Source: Centroscyllium fabricii | Taxonomy: Eukaryota | Length of the DNA: 64,000 nt | NCBI GenBank assembly: GCA_051313645.2 | Contig: JBNRSN020000010.1 | Span: 209,870,001-209,934,000, forward strand | Direction: 5' to 3' | Shown: piece after piece, positions 60,313-64,000 of the stretch | How the letters are laid out: each line of letters starts with the position of its first letter | Position numbering within the stretch: the stretch's first letter is position 1 | Notes under the pieces: generated by a model | The model's database searches: none | Seen by the model: only the letters and a program-made list of their open reading frames with translations | Told to the model about the DNA's origin: nothing | Position numbers and translations under genes: made by a program

Positions 60313-62409
60313 CTGACCAGATAGAGTGACCATGAAGTGGTTGAAATGTCGTCAACACCCGACTGGTTGACCAATGGAGGCCTGTCATCCTTGCCTGGTC
60401 TGGGCCTACATGTGACTCCAGTCCCACACCAGCGTTATTGACTCTCAGAACGACTAGGGATGGGTAATAAATGCAGACAGGTCTGTGTCGCTCACATCCG
60501 GAGAACAAATTTTAAAAAAGGAAAGTGTTGCAACTGCCAGCATGCAGCGGAATGCAACTTGTTATTTGCAATAATTACAGATGTTGAATCTGATAATTTG
60601 TCTGGACTGGTATTCTTCCAGCTTTGGTATTAAAGGCAATTTACCACCCAAGATTGATGGGTTAGGGATCTGTCTTGCTGACGCTCCCCCCTCTGCCAGG
60701 TCTGTTAGTCGACGGCCTCGATACCAATATTCAAGTCCCACTCCAGTGACATCAACAGGTAACCCAGGATGGCACTCGCAGTGCAGTACTGAGGGAGTGC
60801 TGCACTGTCATAGGTGCCGTCTTTCAGATGAGACATTAAACCGAGGCCCCGTCTGCTCTCTCAGGTGGACATAAAAGATCCCACGGCCACTATTTCAAAG
60901 TTCTCCCCGGTGTCCTGGCCAATATGTACCCCTCAACTACCATCACTAAATAAAGATTATTTGGTAATTTAACTTAATAATGTTTATGGGAGCTTGCTGT
61001 GCACAAATTGGCTGCCGTGTCTCCCTACATTACAACAGTGACTGCACTTCAAAACTACTTCATTGGCTGTAAAGCGCTTTGAGATGTCCTGAGGTCATGA
61101 AAGACGCTGGAGAAATCTTTGGTCTTTGTTTATTTATCTCCTCCCCTTTTCAATCTGTCTGCTCTCTTGATCCCCTCACCAAGGTTTTAGGAAAATATAG
61201 ACTCCGGGTTATCACTCGACCTGGACCCCATGAGACAGGTGAGTTGGGTTTTGGTTCCATCTCTCCTGCTCCAGATGTGCTCGGAGCTCGGGGGAGCCGG
61301 AGGGTGCTGGACTAGGCCTCAGGCCCGGAGTTCGGAGCGCGGGGAAGCCGGGATGGCGCCTGGAACGTGGATTCGGGGGAGCCGGCATGGTGTCGGGCCG
61401 AAAGGATTCAAGTCGAGAAGACAACGGAAGGAACAGCGGCAGAGCAAGTTAACGTAGCGGTAGGTGACAATTAACATCGAACTGAGAGGCCGGAGCATGA
61501 TGGTGCCGGAGAATGGCTGACGTCTTGCGGGCTCCGTGCGTGCCGGGCAGCTTCATGTCCTTGTTGCGCGGTTGTTGCGCGGTGCGTTCGGGTAGCAGTA
61601 AGCATTTCACTGTCTAGATTGTATTTAGTACATGTGACAATAAACTTTGAACTTGAACTTGATGTCATGCCCACTCGGACATCTGGGAGCTGGGGGCAGC
61701 AAAAGCACCGAGCATTCCGGGATTTGTGTGGGTCAAGGCAGCTTATCGAACTGGTATCCGGCATGGCATGTGCACAGGAGCCGTGTGCCTCGAAGCGAGA
61801 CACTTTCCCATCAACATTCGGAAAAAAAACCTCGGGACATTATATCATATCCTGAGGGCACGCAGCCAAAGGGAGGTTTTCCCAGAGCAGGGTCAGAACG
61901 GAGGCTTTTGTTAAACTGTAATTTTCTCAAACCCACACACTGAGCGGATTTACATCACGAGAGCAGAGACTCTCAGAGAATGCTCAACTGTTAAAATTAG
62001 TCAGCGGTTGTGCTGGAACTGAGGAAGCTAAACTCCATCAATGGTCTCTCTCTCTCTATTACTTCTCCTCCCCCATTCTTGCACCCGCTTCCCCCTCCCG
62101 AACGTACAAGGTCATTGAACACATAAAGGAGGGGGGGAGGGTGGAATGATTCCTTGACCCAGTGTTCCCAGCAGAGATGGGGGCACGTACACCACTTCCC
62201 CGCGATGCGTTTGGCTTGTAATAGCGCATCATTGGAACACCCCTAAAGAACACATCAGGAGCTATGAATTTGGGACCCCCCTGAATTCCTCCTCAGGTTC
62301 AGTGGAACCAGTAGCTCCCTTGGACAGTCTGAGTGTCTCCTGTTTATGGACGATGCCTCCCATCGCATCTATCTGCTTGTGTGCTAACAGGACCCGGGAG
62401 TGTAACAAT

Positions 62410-63147
62410 GGCCCAGAAATTCAGGTCGGAGGTTTCCCGCGTGTGCGAGCCTCCAACCTGCACTTACCTAGCGCGCCGGCCATTGAGCTGTGGGCCCGCG
62501 TGGAATTCCGATGTGGGGCCTCCTCAACTGCCAGCGTGCCGCGCTCCCGGATCCCAGCGGCGAAGGATCACGTGGGCCACGGAGAGCCAATCGGAGCACA
62601 GAATGCTCCATTCATAAGTTTGGCAGGAAGACCTGTCAAAAGTATGAAAACTACAAGCTCCAAAACATAAGTAAATCTTTAAATAAATTTTTAAGAAACA
62701 TCACATTTTTTAAAATAACTATCAATTACATTAAATAACTATTTTAAACAATAATTTACATTTTTGAAAAAATTAATCACAGTTTTGAACGGGGCTAAAA
62801 ATAAACTTACCTTTCTTTAAAGTACTTAAAAATTAAAAATTGGTGGAAAAAATGCTTTAATTTGAATTAATTCACCACTTACCCTCTGAAAAGCAGTCTT
62901 TGCACATTAAAAAAGCAGCCATATCTTTCTCCATACTTACCCACACACAGAATCTTATTAAAAAATCGGAAGTGCATTGCGCAAGTGCTCCCGCGCACGC
63001 GTTCTGACCCCTGACCCCTTTTGTCAGGGGATCGGAAGTGCCGGTTTCACACGCATGCGCTGTCCATGCACGAAACCAGCACTTCGGATGGGCCTACGGG
63101 TGAATACCCAGCGCGTGCTCACCCGGGGCGACCGGAATTTCTGGGCC
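62410..63147. mobile_element. Harbinger-like MITE, TIR GGCCCAGAAATTC, TSD AAT
   Basis: Reverse-complement match to 52712-54017 without the nested insert. Confidence 0.88.
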
Positions 63148-63160
63148 AATGAAACTATGT

Positions 63161-63242
63161 GGTAGCGTGGCCGAGCGGTCTAAGGTGCTGGATTCAGGTT
63201 CCAGTCTCTTCGGGGGCATGGGTTCGAATCCCATCGCTGCCA
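63161..63242 (+). tRNA. tRNA-Leu (anticodon CAG on an AAG/TAG-type backbone), possibly a pseudogene
   Basis: GGTAGCGTGGCCGAGCGGTCTAAGG...CTGGA-TTCAGGT-TCCAG, long variable arm, GGTTCGAATCCC; three CpG-type transitions relative to the vertebrate consensus. Confidence 0.85.
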
Positions 63243-63254
63243 GATATTGTGTAA

Positions 63255-63324
63255 GCATTGGTGGTCAGGGGTAGAATTCTCGCCTGCCACGCGGGAGACC
63301 CGGGTTCGATTCCCGGCCAATGCA
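63255..63324 (+). tRNA. tRNA-Gly(GCC), D-arm slightly degenerate
   Basis: GCATTGG...CTCGC-CTGCCAC-GCGGG...GGTTCGATTCCCGGCCAATGCA; TTTTT terminator at 63341-63345. Confidence 0.88.
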
Positions 63325-63345
63325 GAATTCTGCTGACGTATTTTT

Positions 63346-63733
63346 GGGCGGCACGGTGGCACAGTGGTTAGCATTGTTGTCTCACAGCACTGGAGACCCG
63401 GGTTCAAATCCGGCCTCGGGTTCTCTCTGTGTGGAGTTTGCACATTCTCCCCGTGTCTGCGTGGGTTTCCTCCGGGTGCTCCGGTTTCCTCCCACAGTCC
63501 AAAGATGTGCGGGTTAGGTTGATTGGCCAGGATAAATTGACCCTTAGTGTTAGGGGGATTGAATGTGTGGGGATAGGGTGGGATATGTGTCGATGCAGGC
63601 TCGATAGGGATTTGGGGAGAGGGCAGGGGCGGGGTACTGGGTTTGGATGATCAGCCATGATCTCATTGAATGGCGGAGCTGGCTCGAAGGGCCGAATGGC
63701 CTACTCCTGCTCCTAGTTTCTATGTCTATGTCT
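63346..63733 (+). mobile_element. HE1-type SINE
   Basis: Full head, core and tail. Confidence 0.88.
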
Positions 63734-64000
63734 AACTCTTGTGATCTGGACCAGATGTCCGTGCCGTACTCCTTCACTTGCTCCAGAGCTTCAAAAAAGA
63801 AAGACTTGCATTTCTATAGCGCATTTCACAACCACGGGACGTCCCAAAGCGCTTTGCAGCCAATGAAGTACTTCCTGAAATGTGGTCACTGTTGTAATGT
63901 GGGAAATGCGACAGCCAATTTGCGCACAGCAAGATCCCACAAACAACAATGTGGTAATGACCAGATAATCTGGTTTAGTGATGTTGATAGAGGGAACACC

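Overview
This is repeat-dense eukaryotic DNA, almost certainly from a cartilaginous fish (shark-like): it carries many HE1/V-SINE-type SINEs with CR1 (HER1-like) tails, Deu-domain SINEs, and CR1, L2, Rex1, RTE and Penelope fragments. I recognise no host protein-coding exon. The left third holds two different 28-bp satellites. The second is interrupted by a young but internally deleted class I endogenous retrovirus (673-bp LTRs, tRNA-Ser PBS, env TM) and by a CR1 LINE, which itself contains an intact CsRN1-like Gypsy element. A second full-length Gypsy (24315-28974) is the most unusual element: it has a YLDN RT motif and no tRNA PBS, and the sequence just after its 5' LTR is perfectly complementary (14 nt) to the LTR poly(A)-signal region. 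A diverged relative at 38-570 keeps the same pairing and the same 54-nt spacing with different sequence, which suggests a tRNA-independent priming or poly(A)-masking mechanism (inference). The window also contains six solo LTRs with TSDs, nested Harbinger- and Tigger-like MITEs, Penelope hammerhead ribozyme motifs, SINE-derived 33-bp minisatellites, a 5S rRNA-derived fragment and a tRNA-Leu/tRNA-Gly pair 12 nt apart. All calls were made by eye; family names need database confirmation.
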